The notes under the pieces are model-generated. The model saw only the letters and a program-made list of their open reading frames with translations. It was not told where the DNA came from and searched no databases. From Blastocystis sp. subtype 4 (taxonomy: Eukaryota), in the NCBI RefSeq assembly GCF_000743755.1, contig NW_014569540.1, forward strand, positions 1 through 64,000: a DNA stretch of 64,000 nucleotides. The letters run 5' to 3'. A program made the position numbers and the translations under genes. Positions 25,389 through 39,237 of this stretch are shown piece after piece (position 1 is the stretch's first letter; each line of letters begins with the position of its first letter).

Positions 25389-28300
25389 TTAAAAATGAGG
25401 TTTCGAACAAACAAAGCAACTATCCAAACTAACAGTACCGTAGATAATCTGAACAGAACGAGCATATGCAAGGGAAGGAGATCCGTCGGCGTACATATAA
25501 TCTGGTTTAATCCCAAACGCAAAACGCGTTCTCAAACAATGTGGAGGCTGAACAGAAGGAACCGATATTGACTGGTCCTGTTTTTGTTTAGCCTCATTTG
25601 CACGACACAAAAGTGCCTCGTAATATAATGGAGCATTTGATGCAATTTCCAACGCACACATACTAATGGCACGATAAAACACCTACAAATGATAAACTCC
25701 AGATTATCCTTACTTCCTTTGAAGGTGAGGTTAGGAATTCTTTACAACGGAACATAAGTGGACCATAATTAGGTTCAGTTAATGCATACCTTCTACATAG
25801 GAACATGAGCGTGGCATTGGACTGAAGCAATGATGCTAGAAGATGTCGATTCGGGCACTTATAGAAAGATAAAAAGAGATCAGAAGATAGCATTAAGATT
25901 CGCAATGCCTATTATGAAGTTCTTCTTCCAAACTTACCTCAATAATTGAGTCCCCATATTGAGGAGTAAAAAAGAGTGCAAAATTCAAACATTTTGCGGC
26001 ATTTTCAAGATGGAATAAATGGGAAGTGGGGTTCAGAAAGATACGAGCTCCTTCACACCATACTTCACCTGACTTGGCGACATGTCGTAATGACTTACGG
26101 AACACAACCATGGCAGCCTCAGGACCACAACATCTTGATATTAGTGGAAGAGAAAGCGAATACTGATGGACGAGATGGATACATGCAGCCCAGAGACGAC
26201 CAGCACCAACATGCCGACGAATAGCAACAACACTAAGACCTAACGCTTCAATGAATCGTTCTCGTTGACACTAAGAATGATAAAGAGGTAGCACACATAC
26301 CAACTGAAGGACATATTCGAGTTCTAATTTCCATTCATCAGGATAATCAACAATGGCTCGATTTAAAATAGCACAAGCAAGAGGTTGATCATGGCAGAAA
26401 AAGGCCACTTTACTGTACTCCAAAAGTACCTGATTCTTTAACTTCGGAGGAGCCATAATCAATGCATGGAGTGTAAACTAGAGATAAATCATTAGTGTAT
26501 CGTAATACACGAAGAGCAGTAACTCGATAACCCAATATACATGCACCTCGACCTAGCAATGCAAAGACTTTCCATCGTAAGTTCTCATGACATTCAGCAA
26601 GAGCGTATTTAGTATCTTCAATAAGACGACGTTGAAATAGTCTACATTCCTTAAAGAAGTTAATCATATCATGAGTCTATTCATCAGGTCTTTATCAATC
26701 ACTAACACGAATTGCATCATTATGATGAATTGCTAAGAGGAATCGTAAAGTGTATTGAAGACGAATGTAGTAAGCCTTCCAGGTAATATCATTTGTGAGA
26801 CATTTAAGAGCTTCTGTCATTATACTATCAAACTCACATGTATCAATAGACGTGGTGTTCTGATGCCATTCAACAAAACTCTTGTGTTGAATCACATGCA
26901 ACGAAAAGAACCATAATGGTCCATATTTTGGGAATCGAGATAATGCATGAGGTATCATATGAAGGAATGATTCATATTTACTTGAATGTAATTGGAATTC
27001 CAAAAAATCCATATAAAAATTGCCAGTAAAAAAGTGAGGATTATTAGTCACAGATAGATAGTAATCATACGTACTCTTTTCAAATCCCATTCTAGCTAAA
27101 ACAAGAACACCATCCATCATCATCTTCACAGATTTCTGAGTATCAAGTTTATGCAATTCTGCGACCAGACGTAAAGTGGCTGGAAGATTAAATAAGCGTT
27201 CTTCGACTTTTAGACTCTTCTGTAGGATTGCCTCATTGTGAGGAATTTGAATACGCGAAGCAGCAAGAATATTATGAGCATTTCCATACTCACCACATTC
27301 CATTTCCAAACGAGCAAACTCCAACCAGATTAAAGGATCGGAAGGATATAAAACGACCAGCTTGATAAAAATGAGGCGAGCTTCACGGAAATGACATTCT
27401 CGCTTAGCAGCTACAGCCTCTTCAATTTGACTATGAATCCATTCTGGGTCACTATTGTGTGTGCAAACTGGATGTGGTGATGATGTTAACTGCTGAGCAA
27501 ATTCATGTTCTTCCCATATCTCCTTATACGGAGATTGCTTCCACAGAAATAGACGTGTGAGAGATATATAGGGGTCAACCACACGATTCGTTGGAGTACG
27601 AACACCATAGTTCTGAGGTGTTGAAGGAACATTCTGAACTCGTGGTGATATGCTGAACGATGAGAGCCATGACTGATTAGGATCCCGATCCCAACTAGAA
27701 TGAGATTCACTAGTCATGATGGAATGAGGAGTGGTTGTGAGAGAAGAATAATGTGGAGATGATGAAACAGGATAGCGAGGATGATATGTATTGAAATCTC
27801 TAGGATACTCGACTCTATCAGAGTAGATATATGGGTCATCATATTTCGTATTCACAGAATAAAATGATTGTTTCACTCTAGGATCTTCGAAAGATTGAAC
27901 AGACTCGGGGAGATAGGAATACGCAGTCTCGTAGTCAGATACAGGATAACTTAAACGAGATGGTTCGTCATAATTACGATAAGAGTCTGATTCATTCATT
28001 CCACTTAACTGACTCCGTGAACGAAGTCGAGAGCAAGGTTCAAAAAGATTCTCTCTTGGTTCATATAAACGATTTGTTCCTTCTCGAAGTGAAGTTGAAG
28101 ATGTGGGGTATCGATCATAGGAATACCAAGTTGCATCTGTCAAAGGAATATGATTATGGTACAACGCATAATCAGCACGATATTCAGGTTCTACGTGGAG
28201 AGTATTTCCTTGAAAGAGGCCCGAGCGATTTGAAGGTGTAGAAGAATAACCAGTCTTGGTAACATAGGGCATATGAGTAACACTGGGAGAAGAGGAAGAC

Positions 28301-28647
28301 AACATTTCTCCAAGAGATTGGTGAGAGTCATCAAACATTGGATCCATTTGAGTATGACAGCTTAGAGAAGGAGTATGTGAATCATAGCTCGAATCTTGAG
28401 AAAGTGGATCCAAGTGAATATTATCAGCATAACGAGACGAACGAAGATCATTAGGTCGTGAAGTACGAGAGCCATTAGAATGAAGACTACTCGTTCGTCT
28501 AAGATACATGTTCTCTTGACTCAGATCGGGATAATCGAAATCATCATTACTCGAAACATTAAGATTTGTAGCATGCGACTGATAATTCACTGGTAACCGT
28601 TGACTCGATCTCGCATTAGTAACGAAACTATTGTTACTGTCAAACAC
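25389..28647 (-). CDS. HAT/TPR-repeat protein with a long S/Y/P-rich N-terminus (5' end unresolved)
   Basis: IWLEFARLEMECGEYGNA, FPKYGPLWF, KSGEVWCEGAR, FTPQYGDS and EPNYGPL HAT-like repeats across several exons. Confidence 0.7.
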
Positions 28648-29289
28648 CGCTATAGATAAACAGAATAGGTAACAATTACATGAGTATTGTGGGGTGAAAT
28701 TACGATATGTAGGTGTATAAGATTGATCATCAAGAATAGAATAGTCGCTACAGCGTAAAACACTCTAAGATATACAAACCTAAAATAGGCTGGAGAGGTA
28801 GAGTAACCCTGAGAATGTACGCGAACTCGATTTTCCCTACATATAAAGAGGAATTGAAAACAACCATACCCATTATTCACCATATAGATATCATGTGACT
28901 GTTGGACCCGGGTACTATTCTTTTGTTGATAGTTCTGTTTCTAAAACATTCAGAAAGCCAATGATAGAGAAATACAGGAATATTCATGTCGTAAACCACA
29001 ATAACAAGAACAAAGAAAGAAATTCAACTAGTAGTTGTTTAAGATATAAAGAGTTTACTGATAATGTACACGTCAATTAAATCCAATAAACTATGGTATT
29101 TCAGTGACTAGTCATGACTCCATAAAAAACCGCGGTTGTGATACTATCGTAAGTTGGAACTGATCGTTCCATTTCCTGTATAGCACGATCTATATATCCA
29201 TTCTAGTAAGGTACACCCAAGTTCTAAAGTAATCATTCATTTAACTTGCCATTCGTTCTTTCGATTAGTTTCAGCGTTATTGCAAATGA

Positions 29290-30920
29290 GCTCATTTGAT
29301 ATCGATGTGAACCTAATCCTCAGCAACTCATCTCTAGTCATGTAACGATATCGAAGTTCTAAAAGCATACACCAGAACATTAGAGAAGGAGTATCGTCAT
29401 CTGAAGGATTCTTATATTGTTTTGTCATCACGGTTTGAGTATTCTTGGAAAGTGATAATTAGGATGTCAAAAGTTATGCCAATTCTGAAAGAAGAGTTAC
29501 CTGGATGCAATTGGGACTTCACAGCCCAGGACAGTCAAAAGGCCCTGGATAAGTCAATCGAATCTGCGATAAAGGATAGTATATTTCGTTTCATGGTTAC
29601 TAGTGTAGAAATTGGTCAGGATCGAGGATGTCTAAAGTTGTTGGATACAATGCATGTATTTTGTATTTTATGTGGATTCTGTGTAGATTCCTCGCACGAG
29701 CATCTATTGTTGCAGTTTTAATTCGAGTGGAAAGTTCTTGGCTTGTGGTTGTTTCAATGGCTCCATCGTCATTTATAAATATTCGACATCACGTAATCGG
29801 ATCCGTCATGTACCAGTGTAACGGAGTGTTTAGTGTAGATTCGTTCCATTACGGGTCATGCAGGTCTAGTAACGAGTGTAATGTAGAAGAAAATGGAACA
29901 GATGATAGGTAGGTGGATCAAAGGAGATGATCGCATTGTGACTACATCTATAGATAAAACTATTCGAGTTGTCTTGTATACTATGCTTCATCCAATTAGG
30001 TGTGGAAGCCAATGACAGGAGAGTTTGAAACCCTGATCAAAACGGATATGATGGTAATGAGTGCCTGTCTGTTTGGTGTGGGTGATCGTGATGTATGTGC
30101 AGCTGTTGGATCTCAGAATCGGATTCTTTTTGCCGATATTGGAGATTCAAAAGTAATTCGTCTTCTAGAGCATAAATATCAAATCAAATCGATTGTAGAA
30201 TACAAACAATATGTGGTAATCGGAGATTGTGGTGTAGGAATAAGGAAAGGATGATAGTGAAGGGAAATGTTATGGTAATTAACAACTCGACATATGATTG
30301 TATCAATCAAATTTCTCGACCCAAATACGAAATTCAGAATATGACAATCCATCGGAGTGTGAATGGTGACGTTAGCAAGATGCGATGATGATTAGACGAA
30401 TATTATCTTGCAGTAATGTATTCAAATAATATCATTGAGGTTTTTTTAATGTATCTTAATTTTCCAAACTCATTAATAGGGATGGTGTTGATCTCGTTGA
30501 ATTGTCAACTTATCAAAGTATGATTGTTATCGCAGTTTGACTGATAGTTCCTGAGTTGAAGACAGTACATGCAACTTGTACCATCATTGAAGATCCATCG
30601 CTATCATTAGTCTCTGTAGTCTCTCAAGAGGAGAATATCGAAGATATAGAAGAGAAGTTGGAATGTATTTGCTCATTAATTCATAGGATCATTCCTCATT
30701 TGTACATTATTGCTGGAGGAATGACAGGTCAAACCTATCTTTGGCCAGTGTATCGACATAACGTAGGAGTGAAGTAAGGAGTCGAGACTAGGTGTTCCAA
30801 AAACCTCGAGTCATGAAGACACACGATGATTCGATCTACTGCATCGATTATTCTGTCTCAAGTAAGATGCTAGCAACATGTTCTCAAGATCATTCACTTA
30901 TTTTGTGGAAAGGTGTGTAA
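29290..30920 (+). CDS. WD40-repeat protein (start uncertain)
   Basis: FNSSGKFLACGCFNGSIVIY, VTTSIDKTIRVW, THDDSIYCIDYS..MLATCSQDHSLILWK. TAA at 30918-30920 followed by TGTTTGTT. Confidence 0.7.
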
Positions 30921-30941
30921 AGTGTTTGTTCAGATTTCTTC

Positions 30942-33900
30942 ATGCAGGTTGTCATTCCTGTGGATGTAGATGACAAACCAAAACGACGGCCTCCACCTCG
31001 TTTTGCTTCAATGGCAAAAGCATCCGAACGAGAATCGACTAATTCACAAGCATCTGTTATAACTGTGAATGCAAGTCTTGGAAATCCAGAGCCAAGTTTG
31101 TTCTGAATGAGAATCTCATGAAATAGAGAAGGAGGAGAAAATGATTCGCAAAATCTCCAAACCGTTGTGTGTAGACTCGAACATTGCGTTCACAAAAGAT
31201 TCCTGTCTTATAGAAGTGAGGATATTGTGAGATTGTGATTCTCAGTTATCTAATGTGTATTCTGATTTCTCATCAATGAATGAGACTGTTACATCAAATC
31301 CCAAGTGGCAGGACAAAGTAGAAGTCTTGGAACAATTCAACAAGTACATCGAGACTCACCAGTCTTTATTTTCTTCAAATCAGGAAGCGGTAATTCAATA
31401 CGTTATGGTATTTTCAAAAGACTTCAAAGCTGCAAACATCAACATTCTCAAAACGGCTTTAGGGATTCTTAAAACGATCATTTCATATTGTGGAGCAGGT
31501 CCTCGTGCGTGTCAACCTGTAATATCGGCCTGCCTCTCCAAAGTTCATGATAAGAAACTCGGTCCTGATGTGACATCATTGTTAAGCACAGTAGCCGAGA
31601 AAATCGGTCCAAATACTGTAGTGAACCAAGTGGGCGTTGTCTTGTAATGAAGACATAGATTTGCGAAGAAATGAGTAATAGCAAGATTCTAGCTCAACAG
31701 AAATCCCTTTTAATCTATCTTAGTACACTGATTGAAGAATTTGGAGCAATTACATTGAATCTGAAACCCCTTCTCTCGTACATAATTGGGAATCAGGTAT
31801 CTGAATTATAGTATATTTATTATAGGGACTAAAGAATTCACATGCAGATGTGAAGAATAGTGCCATCACTGTTTTGTGTACTCTCTATCGCCAGTGTGGA
31901 GAAACTATCGAGATGATGATAGATCAGAGCGATTTGAATGAACTATTGAAGAAGACTGTGAAGGAAAATCTTCAAAAGGAGAAGTAGTTATGATAGGAAG
32001 AATGCATTGGTAGATATGACCCTTCTCTCTTGTCACAATATCAAGAAACTCCTTCAAACTCAACACAACATTCCTCTCAGATTGACAATGTGCCTCCACC
32101 TCCAAGCAATGCATCTATTATCTCTCTTACAAGTTTAATTGATCCATATGATGCTACAATTGATGTCCTTCTCATAATCTCATATTAGTTATAGCTTCAG
32201 CCTCTTCTGACTCAGATGCGAAATACGAATGGAAAGGATAGTTGGAAGGAACGACAAGAAGGAATTCTACGGGTTACAGAACTCATGGAAAAGAAGAAAC
32301 GAGTCGTTAATAACAAATCCATAGCTGATTTAGTTGCAGTACTCAAAGAACGACTCTCTGAAGTTAATCTGAATCTCCGTGCCAAAGTCTTAATCTGCAT
32401 TGAACAAGTAATTCGTGCCCTGGGTCCAGATGGTATTGAATACGCATCTGTTCTTTTCCCCGATATGTTACGACTCTGTAACGAAGCTAAACAGAATATC
32501 ATTAGTGCTTTGTATTCTGCTCTTACTGCTTGGGTCGAAGTTGATGCCATGCAGAAAGAGAGTCGATTGAATGCATTAGGACAATATCTGTCAATTGGCC
32601 TTAAGGCTCCCAAAGGACGTTTATCTCTCTTAACATGGTTGCATGAATATGCTTCTCTTATCGATCAGAAGACCGCTGTTCTAGTGGCGAGTGATCTGTT
32701 AGATTGCCTCACAGATAAGGCAGCTCCTGTGAGAAACAAAGCAATGAGTATTCTCGAAACAATCACTCCAATATGTCCGCGAAGTATTCTTGAAAGCAAT
32801 CTGAAAGGACGTCCTTCTCCTGATGTAGCATCCCTTCGACAGTTCTTTGATCAAATCTATGCTAACACGCCATCTTCACGTCCTTCCAACTCATCTGCCT
32901 CAACAGCACGGGAATCGGAGCCAAATCGAACAGAAATGGGTAATCGTATCCAGTCACTTGCTAATCGGCCAAATGCACGAGTTCTTGTCAAACCGAAAGC
33001 AGGAGAGGGTTTCAAGTCTCGATTCAGTAACGTGAAGAGCAGTATCCCAAAGCCGATGCCTCGTGCATCTTCATTATCACACTCTCGTTTGAGTGAAGAC
33101 TCATTGAGACTCAGTTATCTATCTGCCACTCGAGGTGCTCATCCTATGCATTATTTAGTTCTAGAAACATCGATTCGAAGTGAACTCAGTTCTGTAACAG
33201 GAGATCTATCAGAAGCCTTCTTCCTTTCTTATCCTGTTCCTCTGAATCCTCTGAATTACATCTAGAAACATACCAAAGAGGAACGTGAGCGACGCAGTGG
33301 GCCTTGGACAGTTGTGAGTATCAATACCACGGCTCTCTTCGAAGACTTTCGAGAGAGCGTAGATATGGATTGGGTTGAACGTATGATTTCAGGAACAAGC
33401 GAGAGTTGTATAGAAGTGATCAATGCATGGTCCAATCTCTTATCAATTAATTGGGAGAGTGTGATAGAGAATACTGATGTGATTTTGAAGTACATTGCAT
33501 GGAAACTCCTAGTACGACCTGTGCCCAATCTCACAGCCAAAATCTATACATTCTTCAGTGATTATCTGACAGTGTTAATTGAGAATAAGTACATATTTGA
33601 TGTTGGAATTATGTAACAGTTACACTATGACAGAATATGAATTAACTGTGATTATTACAACTCTCATGAAGAATAGTGGCGATAAAAACAATGCCCCAAG
33701 TGTAAAAATGTTCTATCAGACACTTGTAGCATGTGCAGATCAGCGCTATGTAAGAATAAAAAGGATTCGTTATGAGTAGATGATGTGGCTCCTTATGAAT
33801 GGTTTGGATGAAGCAAATCATTTGGTTATTGAAACAACACTTTTGTTCTTCCGAGAAATGATGGATATGAAAGCAGTTCAACTTGCAATTCACGATAATC

Positions 33901-35412
33901 TCAGGAAAATCATGAAACTGGTAAGAACAGTAATTGAATCTGAAATAGGTCGATCATTCAGATCCAGCGGTACGTTTACATGCAAGACAACTTTGTCAGG
34001 AGACTTTAGTAACCGGTTCTATTTCAATGAAAGATATTGAACAGTATTTGAGTGAATTGTCTATTCGAGGACAAGATTTCCTCACTACTACGTTAGATCA
34101 ACCAATGTCTTACTATCCATCGAGGAATATCCAAGTGGATGAACTTGAGCAATCTGAGCAAATTCAAGAAGTTCCTGAGGAACAACCAGAAGAATCATCG
34201 GTCGGTGCGATACAAGAACTGAATGAAGAGTCTATGAAAGAATTTATGGAGCGTCCTGTGCGACAAGAACCGATTCAGCCTGAAGATCTCTTTGTAGTAG
34301 AGATTGGTCCATTCAGTGAGATGGATATGCTAATTCCTCCAGATGATCTTATATCCCTTCAACCTCCAGTCCAAACTGAGGAAACGAACGAAATAGGAGA
34401 TGTGAGAAAGAGTCTTCAGACACTCTGTAGTGCTGTGAGTGAAGTGATTGATATGCGAGTCCTGAGAAACCTCTATCGTGATGAGTACGAAGAAGGAATG
34501 CATGGATTAATGACTCTGAAGCAATGGTTGATGAATGAAAATGGTCTGCTTGATCGTGATGAGTTACATCGATCATTTGGTGAGATATATGGTTGGTTAT
34601 TGGATATTATGGAAGTGATGGTAAAAGGTAGAATGAATGATGAAACGGTTGATGAAACACTCTTAGCATCGATACTCAATGTTCTTCTTCTTCCATTCTT
34701 GACACAGTGTGTTGACAAACAGGTGCTTACTCGACTATCTTCATATGATATGGATCGATTAGTGAATCTGTGTGTACATGGTATGTTGCATGATCGATTG
34801 GTGACCTCGCCTTCACAGGATGCAAAGCGCCATGAAGGCTATCAGCGAATTCTCTCGAGTTTATGTAGTACTTGGGACGTAGCCCAGTTAGTGGAGACGA
34901 TACTTCAACAAAGTGCAGATATTGAAGGGCAAGACTATGATGGAAAGGTTCAATTAGTGTTTGCTCGAATGTTGGCTCGGTTGCGTGAGAATCGTGTCAA
35001 GACACTTCGAGCAGGAGATATCAATAAGAGTTGGAGAGAGAGTTGAGGCGTTACTTGTAGTCATTCCATTGTGTGACAAGTATCTAGGAACATCCTCTGA
35101 AATACAAGGAGAACTGGATATGATGAGATTAGAACTAACGCAGAAGGTGGTCACAACAGCGAAGAATCCAAGATTGAAGAAGATTGTGGAGAAATCAGTT
35201 CCTGCAGTTCAGTCAACCTCCAATGTTGTAGATAAGGTTTGATTTGCTATTTGGGTATTCCATAGTATATAATGCAATTAGATGAGGAGGCAAAGGTAAT
35301 GGAAACGGAACGAGCATCAGAAGTGACAGCTTCATCTGTGCAATCTATATTGGAACGTGCTCAAGCGGTTCTTGCCAAATCAAGAGCGGCACGATTGAAA
35401 CAGAATGAATAG
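30942..35412 (+). CDS. TOG/HEAT-domain microtubule polymerase, XMAP215/ch-TOG family
   Basis: TOG starts SNPKWQDKVEVLE and KDSWKERQEGI, plus KERLSEVNLNL, DCLTDKAAPVR and NTDVILKYIAW..EYE (family C-terminal domain). Confidence 0.75.
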
Positions 35413-35526
35413 TATCATCTGTTTGTTGGAAATAGGATTAGATTGACTCAGAAGTACATGTGATCAATTGATGAGAAACCGCGGGGATTCAATCCTACTA
35501 GATCCAAGCAAAAAGGAACTGAATTC

Positions 35527-36702
35527 ATGCAGAAGCGATTTCAACAACTTGCAGGAGCTGCGTTAGACTCATTAGGACTATCGCGAATCGAGGATGAACA
35601 GTTGATCGCCCATCTTGACACTCTAGATGAAGTTGAATCCTATCTACGGTTTGTTTGTATTAATATGGAATGAGTGATAGAGATGTGGAAAAAGCATCAA
35701 ACGATGTGTATAGCTCGTTTGAGTCTACGCGTGATTCAACTTCGAATCTAATTAGCTCTACTTCAGAACTTTTGCAGTGTTATAACAAAGATCCGACTAT
35801 CCGGAATGCCGTCTCTCGTTTCAAGAAGGTTAAGAGTGTCTGTGAAACTTCGTTAGATAAGCAAATTGTTTGCACTGAGTGATGAAGTTAGTCCTAGAAA
35901 TCTAGAATAGAAGAGAACATCTTTGCAAAATTGGAACTACGGAGAGATGTTTTGCATGCGATTCATAAACAGATCGAAGAATGCAGTCAGCTAGTATCTC
36001 GACATCGTTTGGTTTTGGAGAATTACAACTCCATCAAGGCTGACGAAGAGGCTTTGAAGCTTTTAACTGAAGCAGAGATTGCTGATATGCAACAAGAGTG
36101 TGACAAACTACGAATAGCCGTGGAAGAACAAAGGATACAGTTAGATGGAGATGTTACGAACTATGTAACGAATACACTTCAGTTTATCGTAGAATGCTAT
36201 TCTTATGTAAGGATTCAGGCTGGTTCTGATCCATAGTTAGGGAATCTCACCTCACTCATCCAAGCAAGTCTTCACACAGCAGTGACATTCACTCCTGATG
36301 TCCCAGCGAACTTGTACCCTCCAGAGTCTGCTACAAAAGAAACAATTCAACTATCATTGAAAGCAGGTCTTAGTACTATTCAGTGTGTCGAGGTTAAGAA
36401 AGGAGAACACATTTGGTGGGAAGTGAGTGCTTCAGGCGATTTGGGATTTGGCGTATTGTTTAAGAATGCACAGGATCCAAAGGAAGCAGAAAAAGGAACA
36501 CAAGAAATGGGAATCGAAACAGTGGAGGCAGTCCATCGAATAGACCCCTCAACAGAAGAGATCCGGTATTTATTTGAGGAAATATTGATAGTATAGTGGC
36601 CATCTAGAGTGCGAGAAGGATGGGCTCGTTGAGTTTGGATTTGACAATAGTTATTCGTACTTCAGAGGGAAGAGTATCGAGATTAATGTGTTTAAGCAAT
36701 AA
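35527..36702 (+). CDS. Helical (BAR-like) plus GOLD domain protein
   Basis: C-terminal GOLD motif (IWWEVSASGDLGFGVLF...FGFDNSYSYFRGKSI). The N-terminal coiled-coil is BAR-like by inference only. Confidence 0.6.
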
Positions 36703-36796
36703 TCATTGAATTATTGATGTTTGTCTGTTTTTTAGATGAAGAAATTACCTGAATTATTGTATTTCCAAAAATCCTTTGACATACAATTAAAAGCGA

Positions 36797-37168
36797 ATGG
36801 ATAGCTCTCATCTGAATTCTGATGAGCCAAAACAACCTACACCTAGCGATTATGAACAAGAGGTGCGGAATTTTCGGGAAGAGTCAACCCTAACAAGAGA
36901 GATACAGGAGAATTATAAACGAGAAGCATTACGAAAATGTAACGAGTTGCATACTATATTACTGAACTGTTACGAAAAGAAGTATTTCTGTGGTACTGCC
37001 GAAAAAGAGTTCTGGGATTGTTATCGGAAAGAACGAGTAGGATTAGAATATGAATACAATTTGTAGGGATTCAAGAGATCAAAAGTTAGTGCATGGGCAT
37101 ATAAGATCCATCACCGAATGACACCACAAGATGATTTTACCAATGAAGATAAGAAAGAAGATCAATAG
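36797..37168 (+). CDS. Small twin-CX9C protein, CMC1-like
   Basis: REALRKC-NELHTILLN-C...C-GTAEKEFWD-C gives two CX9C motifs; one intron, then TAG at 37166-37168. Confidence 0.65.
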
Positions 37169-37208
37169 TTATTTTAGGCCTTGTTTCGATTACAAACATG
37201 AGAGTAGT

Positions 37209-38559
37209 TCATTTCTTCACCATTTCTTTCGTTATCTTAAGATACATATCAGGATCACGACCATAATCATCATACCCCTGTTTTTTCACCGCTGTTTCGA
37301 TTTGAGTCCCTTCATGCCACTCATTAAACGAAGTGATCGAGATAATTTCAGGTTTTAACTGAAGAGCTGCCTTCCACATTTCCCGATAATAATTACCATT
37401 ATTTCGACTCTTTGTGTTGACTCCATTCCATGGTCGAACTGGAGAATCATCATATCCAGGACCTACAGAAGGGATAAACAGACCCGGAGAACTCTCCTTC
37501 ATACGTTTCCAATTCGATATACTGCTTCCATAGACAAACCCTTGGGACGCAAAATACGTATAAGAGCCATCAAATCCTCCTTGATTCAGTGCATAAGAAT
37601 CAGCTTGATTCACAAATAAACCAATTACATAAGCATTATAGGGAGTATTTCGAATCTATGGATAAATGAGAAGGATAATACAAACTGTGTATGATCCTGA
37701 AGAAGTTAAGAGTTCTTTCCAGTCCTCACTTGGAACCGTATACGAATCATATATGTAAATTAGAGGCTTATTCTTATACCGATAAAAGGCAGGATGACCT
37801 CCATAATGGTCAATAAGATAAGCAATATCATGTCGAACTGATTTGGCAGTTCGGTTTGTATATGGTTCAATATGGAAACAGACCTTCTCTTGAAATTCAT
37901 CAGCAATATCCAGAATCAAAGGAACAAAGTCATTTACAAAGACAATCGCATTATCATCACGCATACTAGGTGGATACCAGGAAAGTGCTAGAACTCCAAT
38001 TCCTCCACGAATTAATTGTTTCATATGATCTCGAATGACCTCTGGATCAGTACTTGAATACGGACCCAACTGTGGATAAAACTTGGCTGCGATATCCTCT
38101 GGAGGATGATGTTGCCTTCGAGGATACCTCATGTTTGTTGAGGCAGTCCAATGAGGAATTGTCTCATGATTCCAATGACTCCACTTTCCGTTTACCTTTT
38201 CAGAAGCATACCAAGAATAATAAAACGCGTGCACTCGGTAAGAAACACCTGTATTCTTGTTTATAGTATCCATCATGGCATTATTATCCTGTAAAATCAA
38301 AAATAATATCATTTCTCACCATATTCCTCAGATGTGTCCGAAATACCTCTACAGTCTTATCTTCAGATACTACTCCTTTGGAATGAGATTGGTTAGTGCT
38401 TACACTAAAATCCTGCAAAATGGAGCCAATCGAGCGGAACCTCGGAGATGTGTCAATCTGTACCAATCTCTTTACCAAAATAAAAGCAATAGTCAAGGGA
38501 ATAGTAATCAAAAAGAGAACTGTTACTCCACGATATCGATTCAGCATCAAATGAATCAT
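37209..38559 (-). CDS. GH99 endo-alpha-mannosidase (MANEA-like), type II membrane anchor
   Basis: FYYSWY, FYPQLGPYSSTDP, FHIEPY, PSVGPGYDD..RPWN, ITSFNEWHEGTQIE; N-terminal TM helix. Confidence 0.9.
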
Positions 38560-38587
38560 CTCTTATAGGCTTTCCAACAAACAAAAA

Positions 38588-39151
38588 CATGTAACAAAAC
38601 TTACACTATGATACAGAATCTAAATACGATTAAATACAGTTCATACACAAATCAAAACTCAATCGACATGTTGGCATCAGAGTGAGCTGTGGTATCCTTT
38701 TCATGGTAATCAAACATAATGGATATTTATCATCAGAACCAACACTCAGTCACAATCAGATTTGCTCTCACATCCTTTTCCTCACAAAAGTTCAGAACAG
38801 GTCTGTGCTTTCTCATCAGTTCAATAAACACGTATCAAGAACAACCTTACCTTTTCTTCTCCCAGAAACAAAAAAACAATGAGGTCAATAATTGTGGAAT
38901 AGACCCTCTGATTAGCCCTAACCAGATGGAACGGTATTTGCTAAAACGATGGACATAGAGTCAGTAATATTAGTGATTCGAATTGAAAACGATCCCAGAG
39001 ACGATGGTACTAAAATAGCATCATCAAGAATCATTTCGATAATGATACCTGCAATGAGATAGGCACATCATCATCATTCCAGTTCCCTCTCCAACAAGCA
39101 AAATAGCCATAAGAACGTTATTAATAATTCTGGAATACTAGAAATATCCAT
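38588..39151 (-). CDS. Possible small hypothetical gene
   Basis: ATG at 39151, short open exons with intron-like breaks, and a TGTTTGTT element at 38576-38583. No recognisable homology; splicing unresolved. Confidence 0.3.
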
Positions 39152-39237
39152 AATTTTCGTCAACAGCGTCTTGTCCGATAATTCGAGTTCTAGAAAGACT
39201 TCTAGCATTCTAATATTTTATATCGACATACATAAGA

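Noticed and set aside
38692..38700. GTATCCTTT as a U12-type splice donor
   Set aside because: No supported + strand gene or matching branch site was found here.
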